A model generated the notes under the pieces. The model was not told where the DNA came from, did not search any database, and saw only the letters and a list, made by a program, of their open reading frames with translations. Positions 29,450 to 38,745 of a stretch of DNA of 64,000 bases are shown piece by piece; position 1 is the stretch's first letter, and each line of letters starts with the position of its first letter. The position numbers and the translations under genes are program-made. This DNA is from Pirellulales bacterium (GTDB lineage Bacteria; Planctomycetota; Planctomycetia; Pirellulales; JAICIG01). The DNA lies in assembly GCA_040901675.1 (NCBI GenBank), contig JBBDYJ010000006.1, forward strand, positions 125,288 to 189,287, in the 5' to 3' direction.

Positions 29450-29991
29450 AGACCGAATCGCTTCCGTTCGAGATCCTGAGGCGGATCCCGATTTTTCGCG
29501 GATTGTCGGAATCGGAGTGCCGGCAGTTGGCCGAGACGGCCGCGACGGTGGAGTTCGCTGCCGGCCAGGAAGTGCTGGAACAGGGTCGGCGCAGCCAGCA
29601 GTTGTGGGTGCTGCTGGAAGGGACGTGCGAGGTCATCAAGCGGCTGCCCGGCGGCGAGCGAGCGCCGGAGCCGATCGTGCTGGCCACGCTGGCGCCTTAC
29701 AGCAATTTCGGCGAGATGTCGTTTTTCCACTCGGCGCCGCACTCGGCCAGCGTGAGGGCAAAAACGCGGGTGAAGCTGCTGCTGATCGAGCGCTCCGACT
29801 TCGATGCGCTGGTCAGCGGCGAGGCGTCGGCCGCCTGCAAGTTGGCCATCAACACGGTGGCCAGCCTGGCCGAGCGCTTGCGGCGCATGGACGACTGGGT
29901 GGCCGAGCTGCTGGCCAACGGCACCGCTACCCAGCGCGTGCCGGAGTGGAACCAGTTGCGATCGACGCTTTTCGACGGCTGGACGCTGTAG
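29446..29991 (+). CDS. Cyclic nucleotide-binding domain protein
   Basis: [20 protein letters not shown]...SASVRA; ATGA overlap with gdhA; no HTH. Confidence 0.9.
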   Translation: MKTESLPFEILRRIPIFRGLSESECRQLAETAATVEFAAGQEVLEQGRRSQQLWVLLEGTCEVIKRLPGGERAPEPIVLATLAPYSNFGEMSFFHSAPHSASVRAKTRVKLLLIERSDFDALVSGEASAACKLAINTVASLAERLRRMDDWVAELLANGTATQRVPEWNQLRSTLFDGWTL

Positions 29992-30026
29992 TTCGTAGTG
30001 ACCCGATGAATGCGGTCACTACGAAC
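29991..30026. repeat. GTAG-type palindrome, probable bidirectional terminator
   Basis: Perfect 13-bp inverted repeat GTTCGTAGTGACC / GGTCACTACGAAC between convergent genes. Confidence 0.8.
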
Positions 30027-30028
30027 GC

Positions 30029-31108
30029 CTAATGATCGTAGGGCGTGCCGGTGGTAACGGGCCGCGGGCCGGCGGGCGAGTGTACGACGTCGTTGAGGAT
30101 TTCGGCCGCGACGTCGATATCGGCCCGGCTCACGTCGAGGTGGGCCACGGCGCGCATCGACTGGCCGCCGAAGCCGCCGATCAACAGCCCGCGCTGACGC
30201 AGCCGGGCCGCCAGGTCGGCCGCGGTGCCCAGCCGCGGCTCGACGCGAAAGATCACCAGGTTCGTTTCCACCTCCGGCGGCCGAAGCTCCAGCCCCGGGA
30301 TGTTGCGGATGGCATCGGCCAGCCGCCGGGCGTTGGCATGATCGTCGGCCAGCCGCTCGACGTGGTTCTCCAACGCGTACAGCGCCCCGGCGGCGATCAC
30401 GCCGGCCTGCCGCATGCCGCCGCCGAACAGCTTGCGGTGCCGCAAGGCCAGGTCGATCAGCTCGCGAGGGCCGGCCAGCGCGGAACCGACCGGCGCGCCC
30501 AGCCCCTTGGAGAAACAGACGCTCACCGTGTCGAAGTGGCTGGCCCACCGGGAGGCCGCAATGCCGGTCGCCACCACCGCATTGAACAGCCGCGCGCCGT
30601 CCAGGTGCACGCGGAGCCCGTGCGAGCGGGCCCAGGCGCTGATCGCCTCCACGGTCGCGTAGGGCTGCACCCGGCCGCCGCCGCGGTTGTGCGTGTTTTC
30701 CAGGCAGACCAGCCGCGTGCGTACCAGGTGGGGGTTCGGCGGCCGCACCAGCCCCGCAAGCTGCTCGACCGACATAACGCCGTAGTCGCCTTCGACGGTC
30801 CTGGCCACCAGGCCGCTCAGTTGCGCGAAAGCGCCTTGCTCGTAGTTGTAGATGTGGCAGTTGGCCTCGCAGATGAACTCGTCGCCCGGCGCGCAGTGGA
30901 CGCGCAGGGCAATCTGGTTCGACATGCTCCCCGAAGGCACGAAAAGGGCCGCCTCCTTGCCCAGCATCTCGGCCAGGCGGACTTGCAGGCGGTTGACGGT
31001 GGGGTCCTCCGCGAAGACGTCGTCGCCGACTTCGGCGGAGGCGATGGCGGCCCGCATGGCGGGGGTGGGCCTGGTCGCGGTATCGCTGCGCAGGTCGATA
31101 AATCGCAT
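30029..31108 (-). CDS. ltaE: Low-specificity L-threonine aldolase
   Basis: IDLRSDT, GDDV..EDPT, SGSMSNQ, ENTHNRGGG, HLDGARLFNA, CFSKGLGAPVGS, GGGMRQAG. Confidence 0.95.
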   Translation of the reverse strand: MRFIDLRSDTATRPTPAMRAAIASAEVGDDVFAEDPTVNRLQVRLAEMLGKEAALFVPSGSMSNQIALRVHCAPGDEFICEANCHIYNYEQGAFAQLSGLVARTVEGDYGVMSVEQLAGLVRPPNPHLVRTRLVCLENTHNRGGGRVQPYATVEAISAWARSHGLRVHLDGARLFNAVVATGIAASRWASHFDTVSVCFSKGLGAPVGSALAGPRELIDLALRHRKLFGGGMRQAGVIAAGALYALENHVERLADDHANARRLADAIRNIPGLELRPPEVETNLVIFRVEPRLGTAADLAARLRQRGLLIGGFGGQSMRAVAHLDVSRADIDVAAEILNDVVHSPAGPRPVTTGTPYDH

Positions 31109-31199
31109 GGTTGACGATTGTAACATGCATGCAGGCGGTGAACCATTGCGGCCTCGGCGGGTCTTTCACAGCGTGGGGGGCCAAGTCAGAATGGTACGA

Positions 31200-32615
31200 A
31201 TGAGCAGCGACATGGCGCCGACGGCCGGCCCTCTACGGATTCAGCGGATCGATGCCCGTGGCCACGAGCCCGGCGAGGCCTTGGCCGCGCTGCGGCGCCG
31301 ATTGAGCCCGCAGGGTGAAGTGGTTAGCGAGGCGGGGCGGCGGCGCACGATCGAGGTCTTCGGCGAGCCGCTCACACCGCTGGAGGTGGTCGAGCGAATC
31401 TGCCACGACGTGCGCACGCGAGGTCTGCCGGCGGTCCTGGAGTACTCGGCGCGGATCGACAAGGCGGAACTGACCGCCCAGACCATCCGCGTGCCGGCCG
31501 AGGAGCTGGCGCGGGCGCATGCAGCGGCCGCGCCCGAGTTGCTGGCTGCCGTGCGCCGCGTCCGCGACAACGTGCTCGCGTTTCAACACGCCATCCTCCA
31601 CCGCGACGTACGGCTCGACAGGGCGGCGGGCAGCTATCTCGCCCTGCGGTACTTGCCGCTTTCGCGCGTGGGCATCTGCGTGCCGGGCGGCGCGGCGGCC
31701 TATCCGTCGACGGTGCTGATGACGGCCGTGCCGGCGCAGGCGGCAGGGGTCGACCAGATCGCCATCGTGGCCCCGCCGACCCGGTTTGGAGCGTACAGCG
31801 GCGATCTATTGGCCACGTGCCACGAGCTGGGGCTGACGGAAGTCTACCGGCTGGGCGGCGCGCAGGGGGTCGCGGCTCTGGCCTACGGCATTGAGGGCCT
31901 GCCACGCGTCGATAAGATCGTGGGGCCAGGGAACCTGTTCGTGGCCTTGGCCAAGAAGCACGTCTTCGGCGACGTCGACATCGACTCGATCGCCGGGCCT
32001 AGCGAGGTGGTGATTCTGGCCGACGAATCGAGCCGGCCGGAGTGGGTGGCGGCCGATCTGATCGCCCAGGCCGAACACGCCCCGGGCGCCAGCATCCTCA
32101 TCACCTGGAGCGAGCGGGTGCTCGAAGCGGCCGCGAGCGAGTTGACGCGGCAGTTGGCCGGGCTGGATCGTGCCGAGCTGGCACGGCAAAGCCTGGAGGA
32201 GTTCGGGGCGCTGGTCCTGGCGCGCGACGCCGAGCATGCGGCGGAGCTGGCCGACGAGATTGCACCGGAGCACTTGCACCTGGCCTGCGAAAATGCCGAG
32301 TCGCTTCTGGGCCGGATTGGCTACGCGGGAGCGGCCTTCTTGGGCGAGTACACGCCGGTGGCCGTGGGCGATTACGCGGCGGGGCCCTCGCACGTGTTGC
32401 CCACGGGCGGGACGGCCCGGTTTGCCAGCGGCCTGTCGGCGAACGATTTTCTCAGGCGCACCAGCATCCTGCACTTCAGCCGGCAGGGGCTGGAGGCATT
32501 GGCCCAGGATGTGCGCGTGTTGGCCGATGCCGAGGGACTGACCGCGCACCGTGCCAGCATCGACATCCGTCTGGAGCCGGGCGGCCGGGCAGCGAGCAAG
32601 GCCGAGGCACTCTGA
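31200..32615 (+). CDS. hisD: Histidinol dehydrogenase
   Basis: [60 protein letters not shown]; start could be 31191-31212. Confidence 0.96.
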   Translation: MSSDMAPTAGPLRIQRIDARGHEPGEALAALRRRLSPQGEVVSEAGRRRTIEVFGEPLTPLEVVERICHDVRTRGLPAVLEYSARIDKAELTAQTIRVPAEELARAHAAAAPELLAAVRRVRDNVLAFQHAILHRDVRLDRAAGSYLALRYLPLSRVGICVPGGAAAYPSTVLMTAVPAQAAGVDQIAIVAPPTRFGAYSGDLLATCHELGLTEVYRLGGAQGVAALAYGIEGLPRVDKIVGPGNLFVALAKKHVFGDVDIDSIAGPSEVVILADESSRPEWVAADLIAQAEHAPGASILITWSERVLEAAASELTRQLAGLDRAELARQSLEEFGALVLARDAEHAAELADEIAPEHLHLACENAESLLGRIGYAGAAFLGEYTPVAVGDYAAGPSHVLPTGGTARFASGLSANDFLRRTSILHFSRQGLEALAQDVRVLADAEGLTAHRASIDIRLEPGGRAASKAEAL

Positions 32616-32616
32616 C

Positions 32617-33663
32617 ATGGCTTACTTCAGGGCGGCCATCGAAGCCATGCGGGGCTATGTGCCTGGCGAGCAGCCGCAGGCGGGCAAGTTCATCAAGCTG
32701 AACACGAATGAGAACCCGTACCCCGCCTCGCCGGCCGTGGCGCGGGCCGTCCAGTCGGTGCTGGAGCGTGGGCTCCAGCGCTATCCCGATCCGCTGGCCA
32801 CCGCCTTTCGGATTCGGGCAGCGGAAGTGTTGGGCGTCGAACCGGATTGGATTCTCTGCGGCAACGGCAGCGACGAGATCCTGACGATCGTCACGCGGGC
32901 CTTCGTGGGGGAGGGAGAGCGTCTGCGGCTGCCGTATCCCAGTTACATCCTCTACAAGACGCTGGCTGAGATCCAGGGAGCGGCCAGCGAAGAGGTTTGG
33001 TTCCAGCGCGACTGGACGCTGGGCGACGACTTCGCCGCGGCCTCGGCCGGCCTGAAGCTGGCTTTTCTGCCGAATCCCAATAGCCCATCGGGGACACGGA
33101 TTCCGCCCGAGCGCGTGCTGGAACTGGCCGAGCGCTTGCCGTGCCCGCTGTTGGTCGACGAGGCCTACGTCGACTTTTCCGACGAGCATTGCCTGGGGCT
33201 GGTCGCGAAGAACGAAAAGATCATGGTCTCGCGTTCGCTCAGCAAGTCGTACTCGTTGGCGGGGCTGCGGTTTGGGTTTCTAGTGGCGCAGCCGCGGATC
33301 ATCGAAGGCCTGATCAAGGTCAAGGATTCCTACAATTGCGACGCGCTGTCGATGGCCGCCGCCACGGCCGCCATCGACGACCAGGCCTGGCTGGCCGCGA
33401 ACACCGCAAAGATCATCGCCAGCCGTGCCCGGTTGACCGAGGGGCTCGGGCGCCTGGGCTTCGAGCCGGTGCCGTCGCAGGCCAATTTTGTCTGGAGCCC
33501 GCACCCGGCGTTGCCGGTCAGGCCGCTCTACGAAAAGCTCAAGGCCGAGCGGGTCCTGGTTCGGTACATGGACTATCCAGACTGGGGCGACGGCTTGCGG
33601 ATCTCCGTCGGCAGCGACGAGCAGATCGACGCCTGCCTGGCGTTGTTGCGTGGTATGGTTTAG
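32617..33663 (+). CDS. hisC: Histidinol-phosphate aminotransferase
   Basis: KLNTNENPYP, GNGSDE, PNSPSG, VDEAYVDF, SLSKSYSLAGLRFG; operon context. Confidence 0.95.
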   Translation: MAYFRAAIEAMRGYVPGEQPQAGKFIKLNTNENPYPASPAVARAVQSVLERGLQRYPDPLATAFRIRAAEVLGVEPDWILCGNGSDEILTIVTRAFVGEGERLRLPYPSYILYKTLAEIQGAASEEVWFQRDWTLGDDFAAASAGLKLAFLPNPNSPSGTRIPPERVLELAERLPCPLLVDEAYVDFSDEHCLGLVAKNEKIMVSRSLSKSYSLAGLRFGFLVAQPRIIEGLIKVKDSYNCDALSMAAATAAIDDQAWLAANTAKIIASRARLTEGLGRLGFEPVPSQANFVWSPHPALPVRPLYEKLKAERVLVRYMDYPDWGDGLRISVGSDEQIDACLALLRGMV

Positions 33664-33673
33664 GGGGAACCTT

Positions 33674-33708
33674 CTCTGACTTCCGACCTCTGACTTCCGA
33701 CTTTCTGG
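33674..33708. repeat. Heptamer array CTCTGAC/TTCCGAC
   Basis: CTCTGAC-TTCCGAC-CTCTGAC-TTCCGAC-TTTCTGG filling the hisC-hisB spacer. Confidence 0.8.
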
Positions 33709-33709
33709 C

Positions 33710-34297
33710 ATGACGCGTATTGCAACGATCCACCGCAAGACGGCCGAGACCGAAATCCGGCTGGAGCTGAACCTCGACGGCACGGGGCAGTCGCGCTTGG
33801 CCACCGGCGTGGGGTTCTTCGACCACATGCTGGCGCTGTTGGCCCGTCACTCGGCCATGGATCTGGTGGTCGAGGCGGCCGGCGATCTCGACGTAGACCA
33901 GCACCACACGGTGGAGGACGTGGGAATCTGTTTCGGCAGCGCGCTGAAGCAGGCATTGGGCGACAAGGCAGGCATCCGCCGCTACGGGCACTTCACGTTG
34001 CCGATGGAAGAGACTTTGGCCACCGCGTCGATCGACCTGGGCGGCCGTTACTTCATGGTCTTCAAGGCCGACTTTCCCAGCCCCAAGATCGGCAACTTCG
34101 ACAGCGAGCTGGTCGAGGATTTTTGGCAAGCAGCCGCGGCCAATGCACTGATGAACCTGCACGTGCTGGTCCACTATGGCCGCAACAGCCATCACATCAG
34201 CGAGGCCATTTTCAAAGCCACCGCCCGCGCCTTACGGATGGCTGTCGAGGCCGACCCGCGGATCGGCGACGTGCCGAGCACGAAGGGGGTGATTTGA
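33710..34297 (+). CDS. hisB: Imidazoleglycerol-phosphate dehydratase
   Basis: [37 protein letters not shown]. Confidence 0.97.
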   Translation: MTRIATIHRKTAETEIRLELNLDGTGQSRLATGVGFFDHMLALLARHSAMDLVVEAAGDLDVDQHHTVEDVGICFGSALKQALGDKAGIRRYGHFTLPMEETLATASIDLGGRYFMVFKADFPSPKIGNFDSELVEDFWQAAAANALMNLHVLVHYGRNSHHISEAIFKATARALRMAVEADPRIGDVPSTKGVI

Positions 34298-34306
34298 GGA
34301 GTGGCA

Positions 34307-34693
34307 TTACCAGAGCCGACTGACTCCGTAACGATCGAACACGTCTTCATTGCTCAGCACCGGTACATTCTCAACTTGCGCCTGGGCTATCAGCAGTCGG
34401 TCGAAGGGGTCACGATGATGGTTCGGCAGGCCAGCCTGCACATCGGCGTACTCGATCGTGATTGGTAGTACGGCCAAGTCGAGGTCGGCCATTGCCTGAG
34501 ACATCCACTGTCGGTAAGGCAACGACAGTGTCAGTTTCCCGAGGCCTGCCTTGATGGCAAGCTCCCAGATGCTGGCGGCACTCAGCAGGAGCTCGTTGGT
34601 CGGGTTGGTAATGCTCGCGTGGGCTGTCGCGCTAAGGAGATGATCCTGATCGACGTACCAGAGCAAGGCGTGCGTGTCGAGCAGGAGCCTCAT
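34307..34693 (-). CDS. vapC: Type II TA toxin, PIN domain (VapC family)
   Basis: LLLDTHALLW, SAASIWE, HRDPFDRLLIAQA. Confidence 0.93.
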   Translation of the reverse strand: MRLLLDTHALLWYVDQDHLLSATAHASITNPTNELLLSAASIWELAIKAGLGKLTLSLPYRQWMSQAMADLDLAVLPITIEYADVQAGLPNHHRDPFDRLLIAQAQVENVPVLSNEDVFDRYGVSRLW

Positions 34694-34926
34694 TCCATGT
34701 ACTCCTTGAAATCATCAAGCGGTGCATCGAAGTCGGGAGCCATGTACAGGACCGTTCCACGGAGCGTGCCCGGACGGCGGGGTTGTCGTCGCGGGCGGCT
34801 TGTCATGAAAACCAGGCGCGCCACCGGCTGATTGTCCTCCGTAATGACAACTTCATCGCCGGGTGTCATTTGGTGGATAAGGTCCGAAAGCTTAGCTTGC
34901 GCTTCTTGAAGCGAGACAGTCGTCAT
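34690..34926 (-). CDS. Type II TA antitoxin (Phd/YefM-like with DUF2281-like tail)
   Basis: EAQAKLSDLI...GDEVVIT...PVARLV; APDFDAPLDDFKEY; ATGA overlap with the toxin. Confidence 0.88.
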   Translation of the reverse strand: MTTVSLQEAQAKLSDLIHQMTPGDEVVITEDNQPVARLVFMTSRPRRQPRRPGTLRGTVLYMAPDFDAPLDDFKEYME

Positions 34927-35082
34927 TTCCTACTCCTTCCGGTTCGTCGATTCACCCGCGGCCTGGCGGCACTGGCAATTCTGTTGGCCTTCGTCCGAAC
35001 CTACTCCATGATACCACCCAGTCGATGCGGTTGGGGGATCCCGGCGCTAAAGTAACAGGCGCACGGCAAAGCGACGCCAAGA

Positions 35083-35152
35083 CACTGCTTCTCGTGGCCG
35101 CCCGCGGCGGCCACTCCAAGCAAGTGGCACGACAAAGACAAGCAGTGGCACA
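35083..35152. repeat. REP-like element, copy of 25095-25159
   Basis: CACTGCTTCTCGTGGCCGCCCGCGGCGGCCACTCCAAGCAAGTGGCAC plus a second AAGCAGTGGCAC. Confidence 0.7.
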
Positions 35153-35180
35153 ACAAGGTGCTTTTCTATAGATTCTCGGC

Positions 35181-36599
35181 ATGAAGCTGTCGCCCCAAAC
35201 GCTCGAGGTGCTGTGGCACGACCACGATGCACGCGAAGTGCGGCTCCGCGAGATCGTCGGCGGGCGGCTGGCCGAAAAGCCGCCGCAAGTGCTGGACAAT
35301 CACGTGGTGGCCACCTATTTCCTGGCGCTGCGCACCAGCACGCTGGGCGAGGCTGCCGGCGAGATCGCCTACCACGCCACCAGCGGCGTGCGGAACCCGC
35401 CGCCCGGCTCGCTGCTGGCCGAGTGCACGGCCCAGGCAGTCGCCACTGACGCCTTTGACAACGGCGGCCGGATCGGCCTGTTGTCGATGGCCTTCCCACT
35501 CAAGATGCTGCGGCAGGCCGACGGCCACGTCACGGCCTGCGACCTGTTGCACACGGTGGCCGGGGCGATCATCTTCGACGTCTATGAGAACCAGGATGCA
35601 AGGCTCGTTTCGCTCGAGTTGCCCGAGCAGGTGATTCGGACTTTCGATGGGCCGGCGCATGGGCCGGCGGGCGTGCGGAAGCTGGCCGGCTTTGGCCCCA
35701 AGGAGCCGGCCTTCGGCACGATTCTGAAACCGACCGCCGGCATCACGCCCCAGGACGTGGGCCGCCTGGTCGGTGAGGCGGCCGAGTGCCCGCTGTTCCT
35801 GTTCGTCAAGGAAGACGAGAACCTGTATCCGAACCTGGACTACTCGCCGGTAGCCGATCGGACGCGGGCGGCCATGGCGGCGGTTGAGCGGGCGAGAGCC
35901 CGGCGGGAAGGGCGAGGGCTGATCTTTGCCCCGCACGTGACCGGCTCGCCGGACGAACTGTTGGACACCGTTGGCGCCGCGCTCGAGGCAGGCGCCACCG
36001 GATTGATGTTCAGCGAGACGTTTGCCGGCGGCGCCGTGCGGATGGTGCGGCGGGCGACGCGGCACCTGGCCAACCCGCCGGCCATCTACGGCCACAACGC
36101 GGGCATAGGCGTGAAGACCCGTGGCATCTGGCGCGAGGTGATCGACCTGCTGGCCCGCCTGGAAGGAATCGACTTCCGCCAGACGGCGCCCATTAAGCCG
36201 GGCCCGCCCTTCATCCGCCCCTATGGTGCCGAGTGGCAGGCCTCCGAGCACGCACTCAGCCGGCCGCTGCCTGGGATCAAGCCGGCCATGATTGCCCGGG
36301 CCGGTGGACTCGACCAGGGGAACATCGGACTCAACCTGGCGCACGCCGAGCGGCTGGGGATTGCCGAGAACCTGCTGTTTCTGGCCGGGTCGGCCATCAA
36401 CTCGATCAAGAACGCCCAAGGCGCCGCCGACCCGCGGTTGGGCGCGGCCGCCATGAGCGAGGCGCTGGAGGCCTACCGGTCGCGGGAACTGATCGACGTG
36501 CCGGCCGAGGAGCACGTGGCCGCCCTTAAGGATCTGGCTGCCCGGCGGGGTTTCAAGGCGCTCGCCGAGGCACTGCGGCAAAGGTACGGTAAGGGTTAA
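35181..36599 (+). CDS. RuBisCO-like protein (form IV RLP)
   Basis: FDGPAHG..GVRK, GTILKP, FVKEDEN (KDDE-type metal site), YGHNAG, LARLEGID, AGG; several carboxylation residues substituted. Confidence 0.88.
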   Translation: MKLSPQTLEVLWHDHDAREVRLREIVGGRLAEKPPQVLDNHVVATYFLALRTSTLGEAAGEIAYHATSGVRNPPPGSLLAECTAQAVATDAFDNGGRIGLLSMAFPLKMLRQADGHVTACDLLHTVAGAIIFDVYENQDARLVSLELPEQVIRTFDGPAHGPAGVRKLAGFGPKEPAFGTILKPTAGITPQDVGRLVGEAAECPLFLFVKEDENLYPNLDYSPVADRTRAAMAAVERARARREGRGLIFAPHVTGSPDELLDTVGAALEAGATGLMFSETFAGGAVRMVRRATRHLANPPAIYGHNAGIGVKTRGIWREVIDLLARLEGIDFRQTAPIKPGPPFIRPYGAEWQASEHALSRPLPGIKPAMIARAGGLDQGNIGLNLAHAERLGIAENLLFLAGSAINSIKNAQGAADPRLGAAAMSEALEAYRSRELIDVPAEEHVAALKDLAARRGFKALAEALRQRYGKG

Positions 36600-36612
36600 G
36601 GCGGCAAATCAC

Positions 36613-37686
36613 GTGAAAAAAGAAAAGCGGCTGATGCGGGTGGGCGTGCTGGGGTGCGGACCGATCGCACAGTTCGCGCACTTCGATGCCTGCCGCAAGG
36701 CGCGCAATGCGGAGCTGTACGCCATCTGCGACGTGGCCGAAGGCCTGCTGGCCAAGATGGCCGCCATCCACGAGCCGCGGGTCACGTACGCCAGTTTCGA
36801 GAACATGCTGGCGGACCCGCAGGTCGAAGGCGTGATCGTGGCCGTCGCCGACCAGTTCCACGTGCCGCTCTGCAAACAGGCGCTCGCGGCCGGCAAGCAC
36901 GTGCTGGTCGAAAAGCCGCTGGGCGTCACCGTCGAGGAGTGCGAAGAGCTGGTGCGGACCGCCCGCGAAAGTAGCCTGGTGGTGGCGGTCGGCAACAACC
37001 GGCGTTTCGATCCGGGCATCGCTTTTGCCGAACGCTTCATCCGCGAGGAGGTGGGGCAGCGGATGGGGCTCAAGGCCTGGTACTACGACTCGACTTACCG
37101 CTACACCATGACCGACAACCTGCAGCCGATCGCAGCCGTGAGCCGGCAGGCCCGCAAGCCGGCGGGCGATCCCAAGGCCGAGCGCCGGCGGTATTACATG
37201 CTCACGCACGGCAGCCACCTGGTCGACACGGCCCGCTTTCTGGGCGGTGAAATCAGCGCGGTGCGGGCCCGGCTCGTCGAGCGGTTTGGCGCATACTGCT
37301 GGTTCGTCTCTCTCGACTTCGCCGACGGCAGCTTGGGGCACCTGGACCTGACGATCGCCGTGCGCGGCGATTTCGAGGAGGGTTTTCAGATCTATGGCGA
37401 AGGAGGCAGCGCCCGCGGCCTGGTCTACTTGCCCTGGTATCACAAGTCGAGCCACGTCGAGTGCTTCTCGGCCCGCGACGGCCAGTTCCGTCGCCCGCTC
37501 GGCGAAGACGCCTACACCTACAAACTGCAGATCGAGGCCTGGGCCGCCACGGTGCTGGAGCAAAAGCCGCAGCAAGGCGCCACAGTAGAGGATGGGCTGG
37601 CGGCAGTGCGCGGGATGGTGGCGATTACCCGCTCGGTCGAGACGGGCGAGGCCGTGCGGCTGGCCGACGTGACCGGGGGCGTGTGA
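36613..37686 (+). CDS. Gfo/Idh/MocA family oxidoreductase
   Basis: GVLGCGPIA, GKHVLVEKP, NNRRFDP, HGSHLVD. Confidence 0.93.
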   Translation: MKKEKRLMRVGVLGCGPIAQFAHFDACRKARNAELYAICDVAEGLLAKMAAIHEPRVTYASFENMLADPQVEGVIVAVADQFHVPLCKQALAAGKHVLVEKPLGVTVEECEELVRTARESSLVVAVGNNRRFDPGIAFAERFIREEVGQRMGLKAWYYDSTYRYTMTDNLQPIAAVSRQARKPAGDPKAERRRYYMLTHGSHLVDTARFLGGEISAVRARLVERFGAYCWFVSLDFADGSLGHLDLTIAVRGDFEEGFQIYGEGGSARGLVYLPWYHKSSHVECFSARDGQFRRPLGEDAYTYKLQIEAWAATVLEQKPQQGATVEDGLAAVRGMVAITRSVETGEAVRLADVTGGV

Positions 37687-38519
37687 TGCGGTTGGGCATC
37701 TTCGCCAAGACGTTCGCTAGGCCGACGTTGGAGGCCACGCTCGGCGCGGTGCGGTCCTGCGGCTTGAACGTCGTGCAGTTCAACCTGTCGTGCGCCGGCC
37801 TCCCCACGCTGCCCGACGAGCTGAGCGCCGAGCGGGCCGGGGCGATCGGCCGGGCGGTCCAAGGGCATGGCATCGGGATGGCCGCCATCTCGGGCACGTT
37901 CAACATGATCCACCCGGACCTCGCGCAGCGGCAGGCGGGGCTCGCTCGGTTGGCGGTTCTGGCAGCCGCCTGCGGCCCTCTGGGTACGAAGCTCATCACG
38001 CTATGCACCGGCACCCGCGACCCGGCCGACATGTGGCGGCGTCATTCCGACAACGGCTCGCCGGCTGCCTGGCGCGACTTGCTTGAGTCGATGCGGCAGG
38101 CGGTCCGGATTGCCGAAGAGCATGACATCACGCTGGGAGTCGAGCCGGAGATATCCAACGTGATCGATTCGGCCCGGCAGGCCCGGCGGCTGCTGGACGA
38201 GTTGGCTTCGCCCCGGGTCAAGATCGTGATCGACGCGGCCAACCTGTTCCACGCCGGCGAGCTGGCACGGATGGCCGAGGTGCTCGACGAGGCCTTCGAC
38301 CTGCTGGGCCCGGATATCGCGTTGGCCCATGCCAAGGATCTGGTGCGCGGCGGTGAAGCGGGCGACCAGGCCGCCGGCAGTGGGCTGTTGGATTACCGGC
38401 GATACCTGGGGCTCTTGAGCCAGGCCCATTACGGGGGCCCCTTAATTCTCCACGGGCTGACCGAGGCCGAGGTGCCCCAGACTATCCAACGCATGCGCGA
38501 TCTTGGCGTGAGCGGTTAG
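37686..38519 (+). CDS. Sugar phosphate isomerase/epimerase (xylose isomerase-like TIM barrel)
   Basis: GVEPE, IDAANL, AHAKD, GSGLLDY; TGATG overlap with the upstream gene. Confidence 0.9.
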   Translation: MRLGIFAKTFARPTLEATLGAVRSCGLNVVQFNLSCAGLPTLPDELSAERAGAIGRAVQGHGIGMAAISGTFNMIHPDLAQRQAGLARLAVLAAACGPLGTKLITLCTGTRDPADMWRRHSDNGSPAAWRDLLESMRQAVRIAEEHDITLGVEPEISNVIDSARQARRLLDELASPRVKIVIDAANLFHAGELARMAEVLDEAFDLLGPDIALAHAKDLVRGGEAGDQAAGSGLLDYRRYLGLLSQAHYGGPLILHGLTEAEVPQTIQRMRDLGVSG

Positions 38520-38645
38520 CGCGCGCAGCGTAGAGCCAGCGGGCCTCTTCCCGTAGCTGAAGTCGCCAGTCTTCCGGCGTTGCTTGGACGTCGTGATGCA
38601 TTGCGTGCCGCGCGACAAGTGCTCCAGCCATCTCCGAGAAGAAAT

Positions 38646-38698
38646 GGGGATAAGTCCAATTAAATGCCTGCGGGCGCCAATCAATTCGACTTATCCCC
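38646..38698. repeat. Inverted repeat GGGGATAAGTCCAATT / AATTCGACTTATCCCC
   Basis: Same family as 8456-8582; between convergent genes. Confidence 0.8.
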
Positions 38699-38745
38699 TG
38701 GGCACCGCTTTGTCGCCAGGCACCCGCGGGTGGAGTATCCGCCTG

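Noticed and set aside
35181..36599. Bona fide CO2-fixing RuBisCO
   Set aside because: Several carboxylation residues are substituted, and there is no small subunit, phosphoribulokinase or activase nearby
38520..38745. Short ORFs between the isomerase and LysR
   Set aside because: They overlap the inverted repeat and neighbouring genes, with no RBS or recognisable motif
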